Positions 16,382 to 24,092 of a stretch of 55,037 nucleotides of DNA are shown piece after piece; the stretch's first letter is position 1, and every line of letters starts with the position of its first letter. This DNA is from a virus (Duplodnaviria > Caudoviricetes). The stretch is from positions 1 to 55,037 of the IMG/VR virus record IMGVR_UViG_3300032309_001623. One strand, given 5' to 3'. The position numbers were made by a program, and so were the translations under genes. The notes beneath the pieces are model-generated. The model worked only from the letters and a program-made list of their open reading frames with translations. It did not search any database and had not been told where the DNA came from.

Positions 16382-16740
16382 ACGTAGTTCTGTATACAAC
16401 AGACCTAGAGCCAATTACTATTCTTGATTTGCCCTTGTGGTTATTGGATCAGCTAGAAAAGCAGGGGGCTGTACGTATTGCAGTATTAAGGCCGCCTGTA
16501 TGGACAACAGCCGAAACTCCAGTTGCACCATACCCTGGCATGGAAACAGTTACTGTTTATTGCGAACGCTTGCGTTGGAGAGATGATACAGTTAAACGCA
16601 TCCTGGTTACTCCAGATGAAGAATTAGCACTTAGTTTACGTCCAGAGTGGTTGCCAGGTCAGCGTGCTAGTGTACAAGGATACCAGAAAGCTATTCGTCA
16701 TCTTACTGAACAGCTTATAAAAGCAATGCGAAAAGATTGA
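16378..16740 (+). CDS. Hypothetical protein
   Basis: 120-aa ORF, ATGA overlap. Confidence 0.7.
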   Translation: MNVVLYTTDLEPITILDLPLWLLDQLEKQGAVRIAVLRPPVWTTAETPVAPYPGMETVTVYCERLRWRDDTVKRILVTPDEELALSLRPEWLPGQRASVQGYQKAIRHLTEQLIKAMRKD

Positions 16741-16794
16741 CTTGATTTCATAGTTATTCCGCTGTATAATAATTATATTGAACAGGAGAAAACT

Positions 16795-16989
16795 ATGTAT
16801 AATTGCGTCAGTTGCGGTAAGGAAGTAGCCAAGGCTCGCTGGGCATTAGGCCGTCACTTTTGTTTAGATTGTGGCGAGCTTCGTGCCCGTGCTCACAAAC
16901 ATTGCATTGTGCCTATGGCTAAATCCAACTACCAACCCATCACCGATCTTAACATTCTTAAACAGTTGAACAAATATGCTAGAACTTAA
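16795..16989 (+). CDS. DksA/TraR-type C4 zinc-finger protein
   Basis: CVSCG..VAKARWALG..CLDCGE; AGGAGA RBS; own promoter. Confidence 0.7.
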   Translation: MYNCVSCGKEVAKARWALGRHFCLDCGELRARAHKHCIVPMAKSNYQPITDLNILKQLNKYART

Positions 16990-17182
16990 CATTAAATGCG
17001 AGTCTTTGGAAGAAGCCCGTGTATACCTTAATGCACACCAGTACTTAAACTTGATCTCTGACTTTTATGCTGCTGTTCGCAGTGCAAAAAAGCATGGGTC
17101 AGATCAGGATGTACTTAAAGCTGTTGATATGTATGTGGGCGACTTTATTTCTGCCATTGATAACTCAGAAGGAGCTTACTAA
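16976..17182 (+). CDS. Hypothetical protein
   Basis: Operon-packed ORF. Confidence 0.65.
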   Translation: MLELNIKCESLEEARVYLNAHQYLNLISDFYAAVRSAKKHGSDQDVLKAVDMYVGDFISAIDNSEGAY

Positions 17183-17505
17183 TGAAACGTGAACAGTTTA
17201 ACTTAGACCGTGAGTTTATCAAGTGGTTTTATGAAGAACAGTATCCTGAGCTGGGCAGCAATCGTTGCCAAGTTCATTTAATGGGTGACTTTTCTATTAC
17301 CAATCTTGATACCCGCGACTACTGGATGCGTCAAGCATACAAAGCAGGTGCCAAAGCCATGTGGGACGAAGTAAATCTAACTTTAGCCACCTATGCTTGT
17401 ACGGTTGAGGGTTGTGAGCCTGAAATGCTTGAACCATCAGAAGTTTATGACCGTGCTCGTGAAAGCTTGCACTACTATGTTAACGAGCAACTAGAACTAT
17501 TTTAA
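17182..17505 (+). CDS. Hypothetical protein
   Basis: AAGGAG RBS, TAATG overlap. Confidence 0.7.
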   Translation: MKREQFNLDREFIKWFYEEQYPELGSNRCQVHLMGDFSITNLDTRDYWMRQAYKAGAKAMWDEVNLTLATYACTVEGCEPEMLEPSEVYDRARESLHYYVNEQLELF

Positions 17506-17516
17506 GGATATAAAAA

Positions 17517-18149
17517 ATGAAAGTAGTAATCGGTCCTTATAAAAATTGGATTGGACCATATCAAATTGCCGATATGATTTTTTTCTGGCAAGAAAAGTAT
17601 AATGATGACTGCAAGTGGGCTGATCGTGCTCACCGTTTTGGTAAGTGGCTTAGTGAAAAGTCAGACGGCAGCGACAGCACTCTCCTGAGGTTTTGTCAGT
17701 GGATTGAGTCTAAGCGCAGCCGTCAAGTGTATGTCAAGATTGACAAGTATGACACTTGGAGCATGGATCATACCCTTGCATACATCATTCTGCCTATGCT
17801 TAAACAACTGCACGCTACCAAGAACGGGGCTCCTTGTGTTGATGACGAAGATGTGCCAGACAACCTTAAAAGCACTAGCGCTGAGCCTAAAGAAAATGAT
17901 TGGGACACTGACAGCAACCACTTCCTTCGCTGGGACTATGTACTTGGCGAAATGATCTGGGCGTTTGAGCAGCAAGCTGATAATGCAGACAGCCAATTTT
18001 ATGACCACGGCAAAGACATTCCAGGCGAAGATTTCATGGATTCTGTTCGCCGCATGAAAGTTGACGAAGCAGGTCTCAAAGCTTGGTACGAACGTAAAAA
18101 GAATGGCTACCGACTTTTTGGCAAATACTACGAGGCACTATGGGACTAA
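17517..18149 (+). CDS. Hypothetical phage protein
   Basis: VKIDKYDTWSMDHTLA...RWDYVLGEMIWAFE...LFGKYYEALWD. Confidence 0.8.
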   Translation: MKVVIGPYKNWIGPYQIADMIFFWQEKYNDDCKWADRAHRFGKWLSEKSDGSDSTLLRFCQWIESKRSRQVYVKIDKYDTWSMDHTLAYIILPMLKQLHATKNGAPCVDDEDVPDNLKSTSAEPKENDWDTDSNHFLRWDYVLGEMIWAFEQQADNADSQFYDHGKDIPGEDFMDSVRRMKVDEAGLKAWYERKKNGYRLFGKYYEALWD

Positions 18150-18352
18150 TTGCTCTTATCATTATGGCACTACTGGTAGCCGGACTAATTACCAGGTATA
18201 CTCGATTGCAAGCACCCACACAATCTCCGTGTAGTGGTGACTGCAATCAAGGCAGAAACTGTACTTGTATGCAAACTAAACAAACTGTAGAGAACTGGCC
18301 TTATCCAAACCCAGAACCTTCTTGGCCTTTTCCTACTAAAAAGAAACCATGA
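18140..18352 (+). CDS. Small membrane-anchored Cys-rich protein
   Basis: N-terminal TM, CSGDCNQGRNCTC. Confidence 0.65.
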   Translation: MGLIALIIMALLVAGLITRYTRLQAPTQSPCSGDCNQGRNCTCMQTKQTVENWPYPNPEPSWPFPTKKKP

Positions 18353-18546
18353 AAAATTATATTTTGCGTGAACAAGCAGAAAAAATTCTGCATATTATGA
18401 ACCACTTTCCAAGCCACGATGCCTTTTTGCTGGACATTGACGCCAGTTCAGGTATCGGAGCAACTATTACACTCAGCATTGATATCCTTCACAAGGACAT
18501 TCCTGGAAAGTTTGTAGTACAAGTTGCTGGCCCAGAAACATGGTAA
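18349..18546 (+). CDS. Hypothetical protein
   Basis: ATGA overlap; SSGIG motif. Confidence 0.65.
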   Translation: MKNYILREQAEKILHIMNHFPSHDAFLLDIDASSGIGATITLSIDILHKDIPGKFVVQVAGPETW

Positions 18547-18651
18547 TGTAATTTGTTGTAAAAAAGCAACACAATTTTAGCCCTCCAGATTTATGCTGTT
18601 GAGGGCTTTGTTGTTTTTGTGTTATAATTGTTTATTAAACAGGAGAATGCC

Positions 18652-18855
18652 GTGAAATTTCAACAACGATCAAGTGTTTACACTAACCTCAGACAGTACT
18701 GTCACCTGGCTAAATCAGATGCAGTAGTCGAGGTCTGTGAGTGGTCTAACGGCGAAGGCTGGGACATTGCTTTTGACAATAAGATTATATCGCTTACTTA
18801 TGGCGAACTAGAAGCCATTAACGTACTCACTAAAATTAAATATCCCAAGGAATAA
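18652..18855 (+). CDS. Hypothetical protein
   Basis: GTG start after AGGAGA; EVCEWSNGEGWDI...LTYGELEAI. Confidence 0.7.
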   Translation: MKFQQRSSVYTNLRQYCHLAKSDAVVEVCEWSNGEGWDIAFDNKIISLTYGELEAINVLTKIKYPKE

Positions 18856-18856
18856 T

Positions 18857-19009
18857 ATGCTGTACACACTATTTGTATGGGGCTTTGTGACCACTCACGG
18901 TGCAGGTTGGAGATCTCTAGCAGAGTTTGACGGCTTGACTAGGTGTGAAGCAGCTGCATACCAATTACAACTTAAAACTAGCGATTACAGGTGCATACAA
19001 ACAAAATGA
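18857..19009 (+). CDS. Small hypothetical protein (50 aa)
   Basis: MLYTLFVWGFV...CEAAA...YRCIQTK*; AAGGA RBS. Confidence 0.6.
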   Translation: MLYTLFVWGFVTTHGAGWRSLAEFDGLTRCEAAAYQLQLKTSDYRCIQTK

Positions 19010-19290
19010 CTACTTTTGAAAAAGAATTCCACAAACAATTTAACAAAATGACAAGCCAATACGAAACTGTACCACTTAGCGAAGCAGAACCATACTGGGC
19101 TAAGCGCAAACAAGTACTCTTAGCCAGATCACAAGCACTAGTTATAGCAATGGTTGGCAAAGAACTTTCCGAACAGTGGTGGACTACTACAAATAAAGCG
19201 TTTGAGGGTCATAGCCCTGTAGAAATATTTGAAAGACACCCAGAGTACGTTTATAACTACTTAATGCGTATAGCAGAGGGAGAGTGGTAA
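19006..19290 (+). CDS. Protein with an MbcA/ParS/Xre antitoxin C-terminal-like domain
   Basis: QWWTTTNKAFEGHSPVEIF...VYNYL resembles the W-x3-N-x2-(L/F)-G-x2-P signature. Confidence 0.55.
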   Translation: MTTFEKEFHKQFNKMTSQYETVPLSEAEPYWAKRKQVLLARSQALVIAMVGKELSEQWWTTTNKAFEGHSPVEIFERHPEYVYNYLMRIAEGEW

Positions 19291-19550
19291 TGAACCAACA
19301 TATTGCTACTATTTTAAAAGAACCTGCACTTACTAGACTGCATGACTGGACTTATATTGGTCCAGTGCAAAAGGCTGAGCTAGAGTACTTTGTGCAGCAA
19401 GTTGTTGGTGAGGCAGTTTTAGCTACACTTGCTACAGATACAAGACAAGCAGTATACACTACCTACGACAAACAACTAGTTGATGGCACCATTCAACGAG
19501 CGGTCAACCAACTTCGCAATCATTTTAAAGACAACCATGTTCCCATCTAA
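19290..19550 (+). CDS. Hypothetical protein
   Basis: TAATG overlap. Confidence 0.65.
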   Translation: MNQHIATILKEPALTRLHDWTYIGPVQKAELEYFVQQVVGEAVLATLATDTRQAVYTTYDKQLVDGTIQRAVNQLRNHFKDNHVPI

Positions 19551-19872
19551 AGAAATTGTTTACCGATATATTCAGGCTTGCCAAGTGCAAGAGTGCTACG
19601 AAACTCAACTTTGTACAGCCCTACAACAAATCAATCCAGACAACCAAGTGTTTGGTCTTGCAGACCCCATTCGCAAAGCCTACCGAGAGCTGGTGGAGGA
19701 GCTGGTAGGCAAACAACAATTTGACTGGGTTGAGTGGTGGCAGTATGAAGCAGACTACGGCAAAGATGCTAGAGACTTTGTGGTTGCGGGAGTAGAGTAC
19801 AACACAGACGACATGACCACCCTTAAATTCCTAGAACTAGTACTGGACGCAGACCCATGGACGACAAATTAA
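19537..19872 (+). CDS. Hypothetical protein
   Basis: MFPSKEIV...DWVEWWQYEADYG. Confidence 0.65.
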   Translation: MFPSKEIVYRYIQACQVQECYETQLCTALQQINPDNQVFGLADPIRKAYRELVEELVGKQQFDWVEWWQYEADYGKDARDFVVAGVEYNTDDMTTLKFLELVLDADPWTTN

Positions 19873-20102
19873 GTTTAATTTTAGCTCGTCAAGCAGGCTT
19901 TAAAATAGACGACATGGGTAATGTTAGTCTCAACGATGAGTGGTGTACTATTGAAGTAGAGCTTTTAATTCAACTAGTGGCAGGCTGGTGTCTAGAAAAG
20001 AATCGTAGGCACCTTTTTAGTTATCAAGCCACTAAAGAGATTCTTAACGACTTTGGCTACAACAATGTAGACCCTAAGCCTGATCAAATGAGGCCCGTGT
20101 GA
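19857..20102 (+). CDS. Hypothetical protein
   Basis: Operon-packed ORF. Confidence 0.6.
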   Translation: MDDKLSLILARQAGFKIDDMGNVSLNDEWCTIEVELLIQLVAGWCLEKNRRHLFSYQATKEILNDFGYNNVDPKPDQMRPV

Positions 20103-20296
20103 TTACAGAACACAACAGCTACTATGGTGTTAGAAAAACCAGAACTAATTTTTTACACAACCAAGAGCCTTATATACAAGTTATAGTACACAAAATATAC
20201 TACTGTGACCTGTGTGAACGATATATAACAAACCAAATATTAGCTCAAAACCACGACAGGGAACAACATGAAAACACCAATGCAAGAACTACTTGA
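20099..20296 (+). CDS. Small C2H2-like zinc-binding protein
   Basis: YYCDLCE...H...H. Confidence 0.55.
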   Translation: MITEHNSYYGVRKTRTNFLHNQEPYIQVIVHKIYYCDLCERYITNQILAQNHDREQHENTNARTT

Positions 20297-20627
20297 ATAC
20301 AATCGTGAAGAACCCCTAGACCCCATAGCAAAACAACCAGTTCCAGAAACTAAGCTAAAGGCTAAAAATCACCGAGAACTGGTAACGCAGTGGCTCTTAG
20401 ACAAGCTGCAAGAAGAGTCAGCTGAAGTTATTCAGGCGATAAGCAAAGTCCGCAGGTTTGGTGAACAAAACCACCACCCTGACAGAAAAACTACTAATTT
20501 ACAGGAACTTGTCACAGAACTGGAAGATTTCTTGGCAATTGTTGCGAGTCTAGAGCACCTACAATACTTTGATCTCACAAAACATCAAGCCAACATCTTA
20601 AAGAAAACGCAAGCTTTGATCTCTTAA
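20268..20627 (+). CDS. MazG-like nucleotide pyrophosphohydrolase
   Basis: LQEESAEVIQAISKVRRFG...LVTELEDFLA (EExxE...ExxD). Confidence 0.75.
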   Translation: MKTPMQELLEYNREEPLDPIAKQPVPETKLKAKNHRELVTQWLLDKLQEESAEVIQAISKVRRFGEQNHHPDRKTTNLQELVTELEDFLAIVASLEHLQYFDLTKHQANILKKTQALIS

Positions 20628-20691
20628 CGAAAAATACACTTGCCACCAATTTGCTTGATGTGATATAATTTAGTATAAATTGATAAAGTTT

Positions 20692-20827
20692 AAGACTAGA
20701 CACTTTGAGTGGTTGCACTAAAACACACAAATATGTCGTTCAGGGAGAACTTGTTCCTTGGGGACCCTGCAAGACGACATAATTTTTGTAGGTTTAGGGT
20801 CAAACACAATCAAAGTAGGCTGGTCTT
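20692..20827 (+). other. ~135-nt imperfect rod-like hairpin in a promoter-driven 5' leader
   Basis: AAGACTAG/CTGGTCTT, ACTTTGA/TCAAAGT, TATGTCGT/ACGACATA, CAGGG/CCCTG; TTGCCA-N18-TATAAT at 20640-20669. Confidence 0.7.
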
Positions 20828-20857
20828 CAAGCCATTGGACAACTACGAGCTAAAAAT

Positions 20858-21640
20858 ATGCTAACACTAAAGAAATTACACATCGAAGAATTACCACTTA
20901 AACTCATTGCCACAATGACCGAAACTGAGTTGGAGGACTTTGCCCAAAAAAATTCGCTTAATCGCATGGGATCGTGGCTTTTGCCCCAACTTGTGGCGGC
21001 TTTTGGTAGTTGGCGGCTTATCTTAGTGGATAACAAGATAGATGTAAAACAGACCCTAAAGCACAACTGTGAGCACAGTTTGGCGGCTCAGGCAATGTGG
21101 AGACTTAGTAGAATCGCACGTACTTGTCTTTTAACCAAGCAGATAGCAATGGCAGAGTATGCTGTACTCACTCCACTAGTCCTAGCAGGATTTAAACGTA
21201 TGCAGGGTGTCAGCTATGAGAGCTGGAGAAATTGTGAAAACTTGGACTATGTGCTAGAACCCCGTTTATATGAAGCGGTTTGTGTAGATGTACCCACTTT
21301 AGGGTCGGAAAGATTATTAGAAATTAGACAACAGGGGCTAATGACCCGTAGTGGCAAAAGTGCAGGCCAGCTAAAAAATGCAGAAACTACTTGGAGTTTG
21401 AATGGAATATCAGATACTGAGTTGGGACACCTACCCAAACTTACCCAATCCATAATGACACAAATCTGGCTAGCACATCCGGTTCACAGACATAACCTGA
21501 TGATTTTAGACCCCACAAATTGGGATCACATGCCAGATCCACTAATTGCACCAACAATATTTAAGCAACCTGTTAAAGAATCCGCTGCATTAGAAGAAAC
21601 ACCAAAAGAAACAACAAAAACCTTATTACCCTGGATGTAA
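20858..21640 (+). CDS. Hypothetical early protein (260 aa)
   Basis: Long ORF with C-terminal MILDPTNWD motif; no function recognised. Confidence 0.75.
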   Translation: MLTLKKLHIEELPLKLIATMTETELEDFAQKNSLNRMGSWLLPQLVAAFGSWRLILVDNKIDVKQTLKHNCEHSLAAQAMWRLSRIARTCLLTKQIAMAEYAVLTPLVLAGFKRMQGVSYESWRNCENLDYVLEPRLYEAVCVDVPTLGSERLLEIRQQGLMTRSGKSAGQLKNAETTWSLNGISDTELGHLPKLTQSIMTQIWLAHPVHRHNLMILDPTNWDHMPDPLIAPTIFKQPVKESAALEETPKETTKTLLPWM

Positions 21641-21641
21641 C

Positions 21642-21959
21642 ATGAAGTACACCAAAGAAATCACTGACCGTATTATAGCTGACTACAAGGCTAAGGTGCC
21701 AGTTAAAGACATTGCTACTGCAATTGACGTGCCTGAAAGATCAGTTATAGCAAAATTAAGCTCGCTTGGAGTTTACGAGAAAAAAACTTATGTTAACAAG
21801 CGAGGTGAGCTCCCAGTGAAAAAATCCGAGCATATTGACAGGATTGCAGAATTGCTGGAGGTGAGCTCAGAGACCCTAGAATCGCTGGAAAAGGTAAATA
21901 AAGGGGTACTCAAGTTAATTGAACTTAAATTGACTGAAGCTGACCCTAAACCAGAATAA
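21642..21959 (+). CDS. T5 A2-like DNA-binding protein, paralogue 1
   Basis: YT.E.T...IA..I....RSVIAKLS..GVY..K...KK.....IA....LESLEK pattern shared with T5 A2 as recalled. Confidence 0.75.
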   Translation: MKYTKEITDRIIADYKAKVPVKDIATAIDVPERSVIAKLSSLGVYEKKTYVNKRGELPVKKSEHIDRIAELLEVSSETLESLEKVNKGVLKLIELKLTEADPKPE

Positions 21960-21977
21960 TTGCCCTAATTTAGCTTA

Positions 21978-22010
21978 AGCCCACATTCGGTGACGTTTGT
22001 GGGCTTTTTT
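21978..22010 (+). terminator. Intrinsic terminator
   Basis: AAGCCCACA...TGTGGGCTT followed by a T run. Confidence 0.8.
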
Positions 22011-22181
22011 GCGCTTATTAAAGAACACTTTAATATGGGCTGGGTTAAATTAAACATTTCTTTAATAGTGGTGATTGTGGCGGTTTAGGGTCAGAACAAG
22101 AAAACTCACTTGACAAAGTTAGTTGGCCACTATATAATTGGCGCAGGCACGTCAGTTTTTTCTGTGGTGATTCTGACGGGC

Positions 22182-22219
22182 AAAACAAAGCCCCCTGATC
22201 TGCCGATGAGGGGGCTTTG
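22182..22219 (-). terminator. Intrinsic terminator of the large non-coding transcript
   Basis: CAAAGCCCCCT...AGGGGGCTTTG followed by TTTT on the minus strand. Confidence 0.8.
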
Positions 22220-22707
22220 AAAAGACTGCGTCTAGAATCGTCTGTTTTTTTTTGTGCTCACATCACGACTCAGACTGCCAAGAACCACTTGGACTTACTG
22301 CGTGACCCTAAACCACAGTGACCTGACCAGCTGCGTGAGGTTATGCATGCTGCGCTTTAGTGGAAGGGAAGACTTAATACCTAGTCCACACTAGGATTTA
22401 TATCGGTTTGCGGCCGGTGGAAATAAATGCCTCTGGAGTTTTACGACATACTGTGGCTTAGGGTCGGTTTCTTACAGTTGCCTCTGACTGGACATATTTA
22501 CGAACCCGCCTCAGCTTAGGGTCGAGCCCGTCAGTGGGCTAATCTACCAAGAATATTTAACGTGTATACCAGATAGCACGGCATGGGATATAGGGTCGGC
22601 TCCCTAGGGTTACTCTTTACCACAGCACTACTAAGTTTCAGGGGGTCGCTGCATCAGCCGAAGCTCAACAGACCACCCCTTCCAGTTTTCGTGTTTGTGG
22701 GATTCGT

Positions 22708-22803
22708 CCTGACCCTAAGTCGCACCAGCGGTTCCGTGGGAGTAGAACGCACACTGGTACAGACACTTAGAGTTTCGCTGAAATTGCATCAGCTCGTCAG
22801 AGG
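22708..22803 (-). ncRNA. Hammerhead ribozyme (type I topology)
   Basis: CCT-CTGACGA-GCTGA(TGCAATT)TCAGC-GAAA-CTCTAAGT...ACTTAGGG-TC-AGG; GUC triplet; predicted cut between 22711 and 22710; stem I only 3 bp. Confidence 0.8.
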
Positions 22804-23023
22804 GTTAAGGTGGGCGGTGTGTAGCTTCTCACACCATCAAGTTGTTATCCTACTGTAATTTCGGTCGCATAACACCCAAATTCGTTTGCTAAGGGCTGTG
22901 GCTCGGTTTAAATTTCCCACAATTAAGACGTATCTTCATAAGCAGTAATATATCGCCGAAGACCGCTGTCACCCTGTCTAATCTATATAATAATTATACA
23001 GTAAATAAGCTGCACATTCAAGT

Positions 23024-23164
23024 AAAAAATAACAGTCGTTGCCACTATGATCTAACTTCGCAGGTGTGTCGACATACAGTGACTGGTTAGTGCGCAAAGA
23101 GATCGCTGACAAACGGGCGGCTGGGTTTTCTCAGTCATTCATTAAGCCCTTCCCGACTGTTTAT
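23024..23164 (-). ncRNA. Putative ~135-nt structured RNA
   Basis: Promoter TTGATC-N17-TATAAT (23199-23171); closing stem AACAGTCG/CGACTGTT followed by a U-rich tail. Confidence 0.6.
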
Positions 23165-23225
23165 AAATAAATTATACAGTAATTAGGGTCATTGATCAAG
23201 TTAAGATTTTCTGACCCTAAATTGG

Positions 23226-23534
23226 TCAAACCAAACGGTTTGCCAACAGCTCGAGGGCTTCGTGGGTAGCTTTCTCCAAGCTCTCCAACACTTCCTCGCT
23301 TGCGCCCACTTTGAGGGCAATCACTGCAACCAGCTGAGCCTTGGTCACACGAGCGCCAGCAGCCTTGCTTTTGGCTTTGTAAACGCCCTCACGAGAGAGT
23401 TTGGCAACCACGCTGCGAGTGGTCTTGCCCAACTGGGTAGCCAAAGCTTCCACAGTTTCGCCAGCTTGGTAGCCGGCAACGAGAGCCTGGGTTTGCTCGG
23501 GGGTATAGTTGGTTTTGGTAGCTTCAGTCATCAT
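23226..23534 (-). CDS. T5 A2-like DNA-binding protein, paralogue 2
   Basis: NYTPEQT...GKTTRSVVAKLSREGVYKAK...LESLEKA; GAAAGGA RBS; TTGACG-N17-TATAAT. Confidence 0.8.
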   Translation of the reverse strand: MMTEATKTNYTPEQTQALVAGYQAGETVEALATQLGKTTRSVVAKLSREGVYKAKSKAAGARVTKAQLVAVIALKVGASEEVLESLEKATHEALELLANRLV

Positions 23535-23581
23535 ATGTCCTTTCAATTGGTTTCTGCGCTGTTTAAAGAATAATTATATCA

Positions 23582-23716
23582 CTACAAGGGCACATCGTCA
23601 AATTCAAAAATGTTGTCGTGTACGTGGATAGCAGGAAGATTTTTGGATAGTTCGGATTCCATGAATTCTGCAAACCACTGCTCCTGATCTAAGCTGAAAA
23701 ATTCGGTGTCTGTCAT
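23582..23716 (-). CDS. 44-aa acidic peptide ending FEFDDVPL
   Basis: MTDTEFFSLDQEQWFAEFMESELSKNLPAIHVHDNIFEFDDVPL*; TTGAAA...TATAAT promoter and AGGGAA RBS upstream. Confidence 0.5.
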   Translation of the reverse strand: MTDTEFFSLDQEQWFAEFMESELSKNLPAIHVHDNIFEFDDVPL

Positions 23717-23871
23717 GAGCCGTTCCCTGTCATCAATAAATAAATTATACAGAAATCAAAAAAAGTTTTCAAATCCAAATTTTTGCACTTGGCCTTACAC
23801 TCACCGGCAGAAAAATTCACTTGACACATAAAGGTTTTGCACTATATAATGGGCGCAGGGAGGTCAAACCC

Positions 23872-23952
23872 CCAAGAATTTACACTTGCTTTTCCACTGG
23901 CGCAGCCTGGAGAACTACCAAGAATTTACACTAGCTTTTCCACTGGCGCAGC
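23872..23952 (+). repeat. 35-bp direct repeat, 2 copies
   Basis: CCAAGAATTTACACT(T/A)GCTTTTCCACTGGCGCAGC at 23872 and 23918, 1 mismatch. Confidence 0.9.
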
Positions 23953-24005
23953 GCGGAGCGCTGTAGTACTAAAGTACTCAATTTCACAATGTGAAATTTA
24001 CCCTG

Positions 24006-24024
24006 AATGAGAATCATTCGCATT
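24006..24024. promoter_or_regulatory. Fur-box-like palindrome
   Basis: AATGAGAATCATTCGCATT, 9-1-9 inverted repeat with one mismatch. Confidence 0.7.
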
Positions 24025-24031
24025 TGGCCGT

Positions 24032-24092
24032 GGGAACGGAATTTGCTAATAGCAAGAATCGTGCCAGCCCCACAGGCGCAAGAATCGTGCCA
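24032..24092. promoter_or_regulatory. Three sigma54 (-24/-12) consensus sites
   Basis: TGGCACGATTCTTGC twice on the minus strand (24066-24052, 24092-24078); GG-N10-GC (GGAACGGAATTTGC) on plus at 24033. Confidence 0.75.

Larger units (their letters stand above)
22182..22986 (-). ncRNA. Putative ~800-nt structured non-coding RNA
   Basis: Own promoter (TTGAAT-N17-TATAAT, 23021-22993) and terminator; no minus-strand ORF >=60 aa; raised GC; long-range stems with G-U pairs on the minus strand; cUUCGg loop. Confidence 0.7.

Noticed and set aside
22202-22232. Plus-strand CCGATGA...GAAA hammerhead-like string
   Set aside because: Core U4 is missing, there is no proper stem II or NUH triplet, and it is part of the terminator
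22520-22582. Pistol-ribozyme-like CACGTTAAATA segment on the minus strand
   Set aside because: Lacks the downstream GCG, P3 and GU cleavage arrangement; pseudoknot pairing incomplete
22595-22660. Second hammerhead-like string CTGATGC...GAAAC on the minus strand
   Set aside because: A9 is replaced by C, and the CTGA lies inside a more convincing cUUCGg-capped hairpin
22583-22858. 91-aa plus-strand ORF
   Set aside because: No RBS or promoter; antisense to the structured RNA and hammerhead
20070-23221. TTAGGG/TTTAGGG as telomere repeats
   Set aside because: Copies are dispersed and in both orientations, never tandem
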